From the NCBI GenBank assembly GCA_041688215.1, contig JBDNIO010000084.1, positions 1 through 59,060 of the forward strand: DNA of 59,060 nt, in the 5' to 3' direction. The notes beneath the pieces are model-generated. The model did no database searches. It was not told the DNA's origin and saw only the letters and a program-made list of their open reading frames with translations. This stretch comes from Salinisphaeraceae bacterium. GTDB taxonomy: Bacteria; Pseudomonadota; Gammaproteobacteria; Nevskiales; Salinisphaeraceae. The first letter of the stretch is position 1. Every line of letters starts with the position of its first letter. The translations under genes were made by a program, and so were the position numbers. Positions 21,431-29,245 of the stretch are shown one piece after another.

Positions 21431-23178
21431 GAATGCTCTCCCGACTCGGCGCCGGCGTCCGCGGTAAAGGTGGCGGGGTCGTCTGGCGGCACGCGCAGCA
21501 TGCGCACGGCCTCATGCATGATGTTGGAAAAAACCGGGGCTGAAACCGCGCCGCCGTAGTAGGCGTCCGCGGTAGGCTCGTCAATCATCACCAGACCCAC
21601 CACACGCGGGTGATCGGCCGGCACCATACCTACAAACAAGGCCTGGTGGCGCTTGCTGTTATAACCATCTCCATCGACCTTGCGCACGGTGCCCGTCTTG
21701 CCGGCCACCTGGTAGCCGCGTATGGCCGCCTGGGTCGCGGTGCCTTCGGGGGTGACCACGCCTTGCAGTAATTCCCGCATGTTGCGCGCGGTTTCCGGGG
21801 AAACAATCTGCTGCGGTTCCAGCACCGCACCGCCAAGGTCGCCCTGGACCAGACGCAGATCGTGCAGCCGCCCGTTGTCCGCCAGCACAGCGTGCGCGCG
21901 GGCGAGCTGTAACGCGGTAACGGAGACACCGTAACCATAGGCCGCAGTTGCGGTTTCGACTTCGCCCCAGCGGAAATAATCGCGCAACACGCCGGCGCGC
22001 TCGCCCGGAAAACGCGAGCCGGTGGCCTGACCAAAGCCGAAATCCTGATATACCTGCCAGACGCGTTCCGCACCGAGCTTGAGCCCAACTTTAGCGGCAC
22101 CCACATTGCTGGATTTAGTCAGCAGGCGCTGAAAATCTACCGGCCCGTAGTCTCGGAAATCGTGCACGGTCAGATTCCGGCCCACACGCATGACGCCGCC
22201 TTCGGTATCTATCACCGAATCGCGCGTATACAGGCCCGAATCGAGTGCCCGCGCCAGTAGCAGCGGTTTCATGGTGGAGCCGGGCTCGAACAAGTCGGTT
22301 ACTGCGCGATGGCGCAGGCCAGCCTTGGTAATGGAATCGCGATTATTCGGGTTGAAGCTTGGATAAGAGGCCAGAGCCAATAATTCGCCGGTGGCCGGGT
22401 CGAGCAGGACCACCACACCGGCGCGGGCCCGGTTTTGTACTACGGCGGATTTGAGTTCGCGATAGGCCAGATACTGCAAGCGCAGGTCTATGGTCAGCTG
22501 GATGTCCTCTCCAGCCCGCGGCGCAGTGAACTGGGCCAGATCTTCGGCCACCCGGCCCAGGCGATCCTTGATGACGCGCCGGCTGCCGGACTCGCCGTGC
22601 AGGCTTTCGTCCAGCGCCAGCTCCATGCCTTCCTGGCCGCGGCCGTCGATGTTGGTCAGCCCAACGAGTTGCGCAGCCGCCTCGCCCGCGGGGTAGTAGC
22701 GTTTGTATTCTCGCTGCAAAAACACCCCGGGTGCGCCAAGATTCATCACCTTACGCGCCTGACTCGGGCTGAGCTGGCGGCGCAGGTACAGGAACTGGCG
22801 CCCGCGATACTCGTTCAGACGTGTGCGCAAATCCGCGGCGCTCATCTCCAGTTGTTTGGCCAGCGGCGCAATGGATTGCGGCGATTCCAGCAGGGCGGCC
22901 GGTACGGTCCAGACGGATTCTGTCGGCGCCGACAACGCCAGCGGCTCGCCGTTGCGGTCACGAATCGCGCCCCGGCCTGCGGGTACGCTAACGGTACGCA
23001 AATGCCGCTTGTCGCCCTCGGATGTTAGAAACTCATTGTCGAGCACCTGCAGCTCGAACGCGCGGGCACATAGCACCACGGCGAAAATGCCGAACGCGGC
23101 GAGCGCGAAATGCGCCCGCCACATGGGTGGCGGGTCCAGTTTTATATTCGGGCGCCGGCGACGAGGAGACGGGCTCAT
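21427..23178 (-). CDS. ftsI: Division transpeptidase PBP3
   Basis: 583 aa. STMKP (SxxK), SSN and KTGT motifs, N-terminal TM anchor. Confidence 0.95.
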   Translation of the reverse strand: MSPSPRRRRPNIKLDPPPMWRAHFALAAFGIFAVVLCARAFELQVLDNEFLTSEGDKRHLRTVSVPAGRGAIRDRNGEPLALSAPTESVWTVPAALLESPQSIAPLAKQLEMSAADLRTRLNEYRGRQFLYLRRQLSPSQARKVMNLGAPGVFLQREYKRYYPAGEAAAQLVGLTNIDGRGQEGMELALDESLHGESGSRRVIKDRLGRVAEDLAQFTAPRAGEDIQLTIDLRLQYLAYRELKSAVVQNRARAGVVVLLDPATGELLALASYPSFNPNNRDSITKAGLRHRAVTDLFEPGSTMKPLLLARALDSGLYTRDSVIDTEGGVMRVGRNLTVHDFRDYGPVDFQRLLTKSSNVGAAKVGLKLGAERVWQVYQDFGFGQATGSRFPGERAGVLRDYFRWGEVETATAAYGYGVSVTALQLARAHAVLADNGRLHDLRLVQGDLGGAVLEPQQIVSPETARNMRELLQGVVTPEGTATQAAIRGYQVAGKTGTVRKVDGDGYNSKRHQALFVGMVPADHPRVVGLVMIDEPTADAYYGGAVSAPVFSNIMHEAVRMLRVPPDDPATFTADAGAESGEHS

Positions 23179-23441
23179 TGCGCCACCCCCAACACGGTGT
23201 AGGCTTTGGGTTGGACCATATTCAGGCGCTCGTGCGCCAGCCGGCCTACGCGGTCAGGGTTTGCCCAGGCGCTTTCTTCCAGTTGCAGTTGCGCCCATTC
23301 GGTTTTCAAGCGGTCGCGCTCGACGCGCAGGGTCTGCAGGTCGCCCTGCAAGCCGCGCGATTCGTGCTTGGCCTGCACTACAGCCACGGCGGCGAGCATG
23401 TTGACCACCAGCAATATCAACAGTGTCAATGCCGAGCGCAT
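23175..23441 (-). CDS. ftsL: Cell division protein FtsL
   Basis: 88 aa with one TM helix and a coiled coil, located between rsmH and ftsI. Confidence 0.8.
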   Translation of the reverse strand: MRSALTLLILLVVNMLAAVAVVQAKHESRGLQGDLQTLRVERDRLKTEWAQLQLEESAWANPDRVGRLAHERLNMVQPKAYTVLGVAQ

Positions 23442-24406
23442 TATGCCGGCACCGCGTGCGGGGTTCGTTCGGCCACACGCATAACGGCACTGCGAGCGCG
23501 TGGATTAAGCTCAAGTTCGTCAGCATCTGCATATTGCGGCTTGCCGACGAGCGCTAGTAATGGCTTGGCCTGCGGCGCCATGGGTACGGGCGGCGGCTCG
23601 GGTTGCGCCTGTGCACGCATGAAGCGTTTCACAATGCGGTCTTCCAGCGAATGGAAGCTGATTACAACGAGGCGCCCACCGGGCGCCAGGGCAGCAAGGC
23701 TCTGTTCGAGCACCTGGCGCAGGTCCACCAGCTCATCATTTATATATATACGCAAGGCCTGAAAGCTGCGCGTGGCGGGATGAATACGCGAGGTCGCTGC
23801 GATGCGCCGCGGGATACAGGCACTGATAATTTCTGCCAGGCGGTCGGTTGTTGTTACCGGCGCTTCGGCTACCGCGCTGACTATTGCGCGGGCGATGCGC
23901 TTTGCGAACGGCTCTTCACCGTAATTTTTCAGTACAGTCGCAATCTCTGACTCGTCGGCGCTTGTCAGCCACTCGGCAACGCTAACGCCGGTTTGCGGGT
24001 CCATGCGCATATCCAGGGGGCCAGGACGCGAGAATGAAAACCCGCGCTCGGCGGTTTCAAGCTGCGGCGAGGACACGCCCAGGTCCAGCAGCAGGCCGTC
24101 AATACACCCGCGCGCATCTTCATTTACGAGCGCCGTGTTTAACTGCGAAAAACTTGCACGTTCGATGCGAAAACGCGGCTCACCAGCCCAGGCTTGCCAG
24201 CCATGCGCACAGGCGTCGGGGTCCTTGTCGAATGCCAGCAACCGGCCGCCTGCGCCTAGATGCGCCAGGATAGCGGCGCTATGGCCGCCGCGGCCGTAGG
24301 TGCCGTCCACGTAAAAACCATCCGCGCGAACCATCAGCCCGGCGAGGGCCGCATCCAACAGCACCGGCTTGTGTTCAGTTGGTTTCAAGCGCCACGCCCG
24401 CCTCAT
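23441..24406 (-). CDS. rsmH: 16S rRNA m4C1402 methyltransferase
   Basis: 321 aa. HKPVLLDAALAGL and DGTYGRGGHS. Confidence 0.95.
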   Translation of the reverse strand: MRRAWRLKPTEHKPVLLDAALAGLMVRADGFYVDGTYGRGGHSAAILAHLGAGGRLLAFDKDPDACAHGWQAWAGEPRFRIERASFSQLNTALVNEDARGCIDGLLLDLGVSSPQLETAERGFSFSRPGPLDMRMDPQTGVSVAEWLTSADESEIATVLKNYGEEPFAKRIARAIVSAVAEAPVTTTDRLAEIISACIPRRIAATSRIHPATRSFQALRIYINDELVDLRQVLEQSLAALAPGGRLVVISFHSLEDRIVKRFMRAQAQPEPPPVPMAPQAKPLLALVGKPQYADADELELNPRARSAVMRVAERTPHAVPA

Positions 24407-24445
24407 TTCCGGGAACCTATAAAAAATTCAGATGGTGAGGAACAA

Positions 24446-24907
24446 TCACAACGGCACATCTTTCAGCGCCTCGGGCATTTCGCCCAGCGCCGCCTGCGCC
24501 GCCAGCGCCTGGCCAAAATCTTCCTGCCCGGCCTGCCACTTGGTCTCGCTCCACAACTCAAACGCATGCCCCATGCCCGCAAGCATGGATTTACTCTCCA
24601 GCTCAGCATGTGAGCGCAAGTTGGCAGGCAGCAAAATGCGCCCCTGCCGGTCCATTTCCACGTCGCGGGCATTACCGATCAGGAAGCGTTGAATGCTTCG
24701 CACCTTGGTGTCGAAACCGCCTTTGCTGAGCAACTCCTGCTCAAGCACCTGGAACCGATCCTGCGGATAGATCAACAGGAAACCATCCCAGTGCGGCGTT
24801 ACCACCATGCGACCACCGCAGGCGTCTACCAGCGCCTGGCGATACGCCGCTGGAATCGCTACGCGACCCTTGGCATCGACGGTGACCGAATGAGAACCCC
24901 TGAACAC
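24446..24907 (-). CDS. mraZ: Transcriptional regulator MraZ
   Basis: (V)FRGSHSVTVDAKGRVAIP is the canonical MraZ N-terminus. GTG 24907 is preceded by SD AGGGAGG (24916-24922). The ORF-track TTG start at 24928 is unlikely. Confidence 0.9.
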   Translation of the reverse strand: MFRGSHSVTVDAKGRVAIPAAYRQALVDACGGRMVVTPHWDGFLLIYPQDRFQVLEQELLSKGGFDTKVRSIQRFLIGNARDVEMDRQGRILLPANLRSHAELESKSMLAGMGHAFELWSETKWQAGQEDFGQALAAQAALGEMPEALKDVPL

Positions 24908-24930
24908 AGATGGCGCCTCCCTGAACAAAT

Positions 24931-24965
24931 ACCACTTCTACCCACTTTTTTCCCTTCCTCGCCAC
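24931..24965 (-). promoter_or_regulatory. Four GTGG(N)-type direct repeats at exact 10-bp spacing (MraZ-box-like operator)
   Basis: Minus strand: GTGGC-N5-AGGGA-N5-GTGGG-N5-GTGGT (plus-strand pentamers at 24931, 24941, 24951 and 24961), starting directly at the -10 box. Confidence 0.5.
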
Positions 24966-24993
24966 TATAGGCATTGTTGCGCTTTGATGTCAA
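24964..24993 (-). promoter_or_regulatory. Sigma-70 promoter of the dcw operon (Pmra)
   Basis: Minus strand: TTGACA (24993-24988), an 18-nt spacer, then TATAGT (24969-24964). AT-rich DNA lies upstream. Confidence 0.65.
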
Positions 24994-25408
24994 GCAAAAA
25001 TACCGGGCTAAATCTGTGCAATTTTGTTTTGAAACAGCAGCTTAGGCGAGCTTCTTTTTAGCTGAAACAGCATTCGTCAAATTGCAGTGAATACAATCAT
25101 TTAGGCCATACTTATGAAGCGGTACATAACGCATAGGAATTACGCCGGCACGCACCAGCGTGGTGCGAAGTGGGGGGATTTCTATTCAGTCCCGCTTGAT
25201 AAACGTGCGATCTGCGCACTTTTATGGGGGAGCCGGGGCATGTTTCGGCCCACTTTGGCAGTTATGCAAAGACGGGTTCAGGGCCTGCGGCCCACGTTGG
25301 AAACAGCTTCAAGAGTTGAGCTTTAGGGGTTACAACTCTTAACCCCTCATTCGGTTTTCGCTTCGCTCATCTCGCTGCACTCGCCCCAGAGGGGAGAAAG
25401 GGGTGGGT

Positions 25409-25428
25409 GCGGCGCCTTGCGGCGCCGC
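25409..25428 (-). terminator. GC hairpin immediately 3' of rnpB
   Basis: GCGGCGCC-TTGC-GGCGCCGC, an 8-bp stem. The downstream U tract is poor. Confidence 0.5.
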
Positions 25429-25436
25429 TATTAGTT

Positions 25437-25789
25437 ATGGGGGAGTTGGCCTGTAAGCCGGGTTCTGTCGAGAACAGCCATTCATCTGGGTCACGCGTCG
25501 CCGCGTGCCTCAAGCGACCTACCCGGGCGCTGTGCGGGCCGCACATTGCGCCCCTATTCGGTCTTGCTCCGGGTGGGGTTTACCCTGCCACGGCCGTTGC
25601 CGGCACGCGCGGTGCGCTCTTACCGCACCATTGCAACCTTACCTGTGCCCTTGCGGGCCATTGGCGGTATATTTTCTGTGGCACTTTCCGTGGGCTCGCG
25701 CCCCCCAGGGGTTACCTGGCACCCTGCCCTGTGGAGCCCGGACTTTCCTCCGTGCATTAATATGCAAGGCGACTGTTCGGCCAACTCCG
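25437..25789 (-). ncRNA. rnpB: RNase P RNA, bacterial type A
   Basis: The reverse complement contains GGAGGAAAGTCCGGGCTCCACAGGGCAGGGTGCCAGGTAAC, GGTGCGGTAAGAGCGCACC, GGTAAACCCCACCCGGAGCAAG, GCCCGGGTAGGTCGCTTGAGG, AGATGAATGGCTG and ACAGAACCCGGCTTA. P1 pairs GGAGTTGGCC (5') with GGCCAACTCC (3'). Ends are good to about +/-5 nt. Confidence 0.95.
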
Positions 25790-25795
25790 TAGCGG

Positions 25796-25801
25796 ATTAT
25801 A
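25796..25801 (-). promoter_or_regulatory. Putative -10 box of rnpB
   Basis: TATAAT on the minus strand, 6 nt upstream of the inferred 5' end. No good -35 box is seen. Confidence 0.4.
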
Positions 25802-25950
25802 CACTCGATCGTGCATCCGCCCGCGTGGATGACGCGTCAAATAGAATGATTTTATCTAAAACCCGTTCACCCGGACGTTTAAGACGTGCTAGTTTACGCG
25901 TCTCGCACAAACGCGATCCGTTATCGTTATCTCTTCAGGAGAAGCCCAAA

Positions 25951-27708
25951 ATGCCCCGTTTATTTTTCCAGGCGACCCTAATTGCCGCTGCAGCCGCCCT
26001 GGGTTGCGCGCTTGCCAGCACGGCTTTGTTTGCATCCAGCCACCGTGAAGCTCCTTTTATAACGGAACTGCCGAAAGTGGATGGCACCGACTTCTATATG
26101 TTCCGCAGTTATGGCCCGGACAGCACCGACGACTCCATAACCCTGATTGCAAATTACCAGCCCCTTCAAGATGCCTACGGCGGCCCGAACTATTTCACCA
26201 TGGACCCCAACGCGCTATACGAAATTCATGTTGATAACAATGGCGACACCCGGGAGGACATCACCTTCCAGTTCAGGTTTGAAACTACTTTTCGTAGCGC
26301 CTCCCTGCCCATCGGCCCGGAAGACGACCAGGGCAACCCGACCGATGTCCCCATTGCCCTGAGCAATGTAGGTCCGGCCAGAAATACTTCCACAGTCGGC
26401 CCGAATGTAAACGACAACGCCGGCCTGAACGTGGTTGAAAACTATCGCGTAACCGTGGTGCGAGGCGACCGTCGCAGCTCAACAAACCCGCCCGAAGCCA
26501 TCAACCCGTCAACAACGGGCGACGACACGCTGTTTCGGAAACCAGTTGACAACATCGGCGAAAAAACCATCCCCAACTATCCAACGTATGCCAGGAACCA
26601 TATTTTCAATATAAGCATCCCCGGTTGCACCCAGAAAGGGCGTGTATTTGTCGGCCAACGCCGTGACGGCTTTGTGGTCAACCTTGGTGAAGTGTTTGAC
26701 CGCATCAATCTGGTCCCAACCGCGGCACGCGACTCCCGCGCCAATATTCTCGACGACAAGAACATAACCTCCCTGGCACTGGAAATCCCGCGCAGCTGCC
26801 TGCTGGATCCCGTGGCCGTGGCCCAGGGCGAAACGCCGGAGCCTGTGCTTGGCGCATGGACCACCGCCAGTCTGCGTCAGGCCCGCGTCCTGAATCCGCT
26901 ACCGCTGGCCCCCGGACAGGTAGTCAACGACACCCCGGATAACCCCGCGGCCGACAACACCAGCATTATCGCACGAGACGGTGAAACCAATACCCCGGCC
27001 GTGCAGGGTGGACCCTGGACCCAGGTTTCGCGCCTGGGCAACCCGCTGGTCAACGAGGTGATCATCGGGCTGAACCAGAAAGACCAGTTCAACGCCAGCG
27101 AGCCGTTCAACGACCTGCTGCAGTTCGGCACCTTCGTAACCCATCCGACCCTGCCGGCCCTGATCGAGACCCTGTTCGACGTGCCTGCGCCAGCCACCCC
27201 CCGGCTTGATCTGGTGGCGGCCTTTATTACTGGCATACGCACTCCAGTCGGTGGCACCCTTACCAATTTCACCCAGCCACAGAATATTACCGATACCAAC
27301 CTAGATATGGATGATAGCGAGGTAATCGAAGCCGCGGAACTGGTCCTGGGCGGCGAGATGCTGCGCCTGAATACCACTTTTCCCGCCGGCCCGCTGCCAG
27401 AAAAGGGGGCGCAGGACAGCCTGGGCTTTCTGGCCTGCGACCTGTACGGCTTCCCCAACGGCCGCCGGCCGATTGACGATGTAGTAGACATCGAGCTCAC
27501 GGTGGCCGAGGGTGCGCTTACCGCCAATAACCCCAATACCCTGCAAACCTGTGACTTGAGTGCCGGCCTACCGGGTACCGTTGTCAACGGAGGCACCGTT
27601 ATAAACGACGGCGCCCTACCGCAGGCAAGCGATTACCTGCCCAACTTCCCCTACCTGTCCAATCCGTTGCCTGGCTCGCCGATTGCCGCCTCGCGACTCA
27701 CCCAGTAA
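25951..27708 (+). CDS. Secreted DUF4331-family protein
   Basis: 585 aa from ATG 25951 (SD CAGGAGAAG upstream). Signal peptide ...ALASTALFA/SSHREAPFI. Family hallmarks present: SSHREAP, DGTDFYMF, YEIHVDNNGDTREDITFQFRF, RLGNPLVNEV and GFPNGRRPIDDVVD. The ORF-track start 25546 lies inside rnpB. Confidence 0.85.
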   Translation: MPRLFFQATLIAAAAALGCALASTALFASSHREAPFITELPKVDGTDFYMFRSYGPDSTDDSITLIANYQPLQDAYGGPNYFTMDPNALYEIHVDNNGDTREDITFQFRFETTFRSASLPIGPEDDQGNPTDVPIALSNVGPARNTSTVGPNVNDNAGLNVVENYRVTVVRGDRRSSTNPPEAINPSTTGDDTLFRKPVDNIGEKTIPNYPTYARNHIFNISIPGCTQKGRVFVGQRRDGFVVNLGEVFDRINLVPTAARDSRANILDDKNITSLALEIPRSCLLDPVAVAQGETPEPVLGAWTTASLRQARVLNPLPLAPGQVVNDTPDNPAADNTSIIARDGETNTPAVQGGPWTQVSRLGNPLVNEVIIGLNQKDQFNASEPFNDLLQFGTFVTHPTLPALIETLFDVPAPATPRLDLVAAFITGIRTPVGGTLTNFTQPQNITDTNLDMDDSEVIEAAELVLGGEMLRLNTTFPAGPLPEKGAQDSLGFLACDLYGFPNGRRPIDDVVDIELTVAEGALTANNPNTLQTCDLSAGLPGTVVNGGTVINDGALPQASDYLPNFPYLSNPLPGSPIAASRLTQ

Positions 27709-27720
27709 CCGGAGATCAGC

Positions 27721-27981
27721 ATGCGACATTTACTGATTATTGCTGCGATCGCCGGCACCGTGGCGTTAAGCGGGTGTAGCGAGAGCGACGGCGAGGATGA
27801 TCCCTTTTTCATCATACCGCCCGCCCTCACCAGTTTCGTTGTGCAGCAATGTAACAACACCCCCGAGAATGCCAATGCGGTGCGGATAAACGGCGCCAGC
27901 TTCGGCAGTGATGCCCAACCGGAAACCCAGGACCCGGCGGGCAGTATATTCACCAGAAACTGTATCCCGTCCGATTCGTAG
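27721..27981 (+). CDS. Small lipoprotein of unknown function
   Basis: 86 aa. Lipobox ALSGC (Cys19), acidic linker, two further Cys. SD GGAG lies 6 nt upstream, and the start is 12 nt after the DUF4331 stop. Confidence 0.6.
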   Translation: MRHLLIIAAIAGTVALSGCSESDGEDDPFFIIPPALTSFVVQQCNNTPENANAVRINGASFGSDAQPETQDPAGSIFTRNCIPSDS

Positions 27982-28047
27982 GTCCGCGCCATGCCCACCG
28001 AACAGCGATGTTTCAGCGGGCTTTTTACCCGTCCCGTATGCGCCCGG

Positions 28048-28917
28048 TTATGATTTCTCCCGGCCCAGCTCCAGGGCAAGCTCATAGACCTGATTGCGCG
28101 GCGCACCGGTAATACGCGCTGCAGCCTTCGCGGCTTGCGCAAGCGGCATCGCGCCCAGTAACTCTCGCAGCAGCGCCGTCATTTCGATTTCGTAAAGCCC
28201 GGCTTCGCTGGACTCAGGCGCGCCCTCGAGCACCAACACGAACTCTCCGCGCCGGCGGTTATCATCCGCGGCCAGCCAGACCACCACTTCGCGCGCCGGG
28301 GCGGTAATGCTTTGCTCGTGCAATTTGGTTAACTCGCGCGCCAGGCATAGCCGGCGTTCACCGCCCATGACTTCGGCGATATTGGCCACGGTGTCGGCAA
28401 TCCGGTGGCTGGACTCGTATAACAGCAGACTGCGCGGCTCGGCCGCCAACGCCTGTAGGCGGCGCTTGCGTGGGCCCTGGCGCGCCGGCAAGAAGCCTTC
28501 AAACACAAATCGGTCGCTAGCCAGGCCCGCCAGCGCCAGTGCGGCCACCGCCGCGCAGGGCCCCGGCACGCTGCGCAATTCCAGGTTCGCGGCGCGCGCA
28601 TCCCTGACCAGCAGATAGCCCGGGTCGCTGATCAGCGGGGTACCGGCATCGGAAATCAGAGCAACACGCTCGCCATTTTGCAACCGCGCAATCAGCGCGG
28701 GTACTACCTGCGCCTCGTTATGTTCGTGCAGGGATTGCAACGGGGTCTGAATGCCCAGGTGCTGCAGCAATATGCTGCTATGGCGGGTATCCTCCGCCGC
28801 AATTAGATCCGCCTGCGCCAGAATATTGCGGGCACGGGCGGAGATGTCGCCCAGGTTTCCAATGGGCGTGGCCACCACAAACAGGCATCCAGGGGGGTAA
28901 TTCTCATGTTCCGGCAT
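28048..28917 (-). CDS. rsmI: 16S rRNA 2'-O-methyl-C1402 methyltransferase
   Basis: 289 aa. LFVVATPIGNLGDISARA and EDTRHS motifs. Divergent from lpoA. Confidence 0.93.
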   Translation of the reverse strand: MPEHENYPPGCLFVVATPIGNLGDISARARNILAQADLIAAEDTRHSSILLQHLGIQTPLQSLHEHNEAQVVPALIARLQNGERVALISDAGTPLISDPGYLLVRDARAANLELRSVPGPCAAVAALALAGLASDRFVFEGFLPARQGPRKRRLQALAAEPRSLLLYESSHRIADTVANIAEVMGGERRLCLARELTKLHEQSITAPAREVVVWLAADDNRRRGEFVLVLEGAPESSEAGLYEIEMTALLRELLGAMPLAQAAKAAARITGAPRNQVYELALELGREKS

Positions 28918-28993
28918 GGGTTGCTCACTTTAAAACCACGGGTGAAAACCACAGGCTCGAGTATCGTTTCTGGCCTATTCGATTTATCCTAGG

Positions 28994-29171
28994 CTAGTGT
29001 ACTGCGCCGTATTTGATGGAACAGTTAGAACGAGTGCAATTTTCTGTCAGACAAGGCGCAACGACGAGTAATAGTCGTAACTATTGCGAGCCCTCGAATA
29101 ATTAGGGGCAACGCAGAATGGCGGAAAAGTGCGCCGTTATAAGTTCCAGACAGTGCGGCGCAGTACACTAG
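28994..29171. mobile_element. Intact 178-bp MITE-like element
   Basis: Perfect 16-bp terminal inverted repeat CTAGTGTACTGCGCCG (28994-29009) / CGGCGCAGTACACTAG (29156-29171). This can equally be read as a 12-bp TIR flanked by a CTAG duplication. No ORF with a ribosome-binding site lies inside. Confidence 0.8.
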
Positions 29172-29245
29172 GACTCGCTTATCGGCCGCCATCTTGGCAC
29201 GAACCCGCACGGTAACGCACCGTTGCCGGCAACACAGTTGACGCT

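Noticed and set aside
25114-25326. 70-aa plus-strand ORF between Pmra and rnpB
   Set aside because: It has no SD and an odd composition, and it lies in structured non-coding DNA.
25546-25950. N-terminal 135 codons of the 720-aa plus-strand ORF, together with ORFs 25407-25760 and 25505-25792
   Set aside because: They run antisense through rnpB and its promoter. The real gene starts at ATG 25951, which has an SD and a signal peptide.
26877-27596. 239-aa minus-strand ORF
   Set aside because: It is antisense to the well-supported DUF4331 gene and has a low-complexity Ser/Arg/Pro composition.
29025-29210. 61-aa minus-strand ORF inside the MITE at 28994-29171
   Set aside because: It spans the element and its terminal repeat, is too small for a transposase and has no ribosome-binding site.
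29196-29212. Sigma-54-like TGGCAC...GCA upstream of lpoA
   Set aside because: The GG-to-GC spacing is one nucleotide short of consensus and the -12 element is poor.
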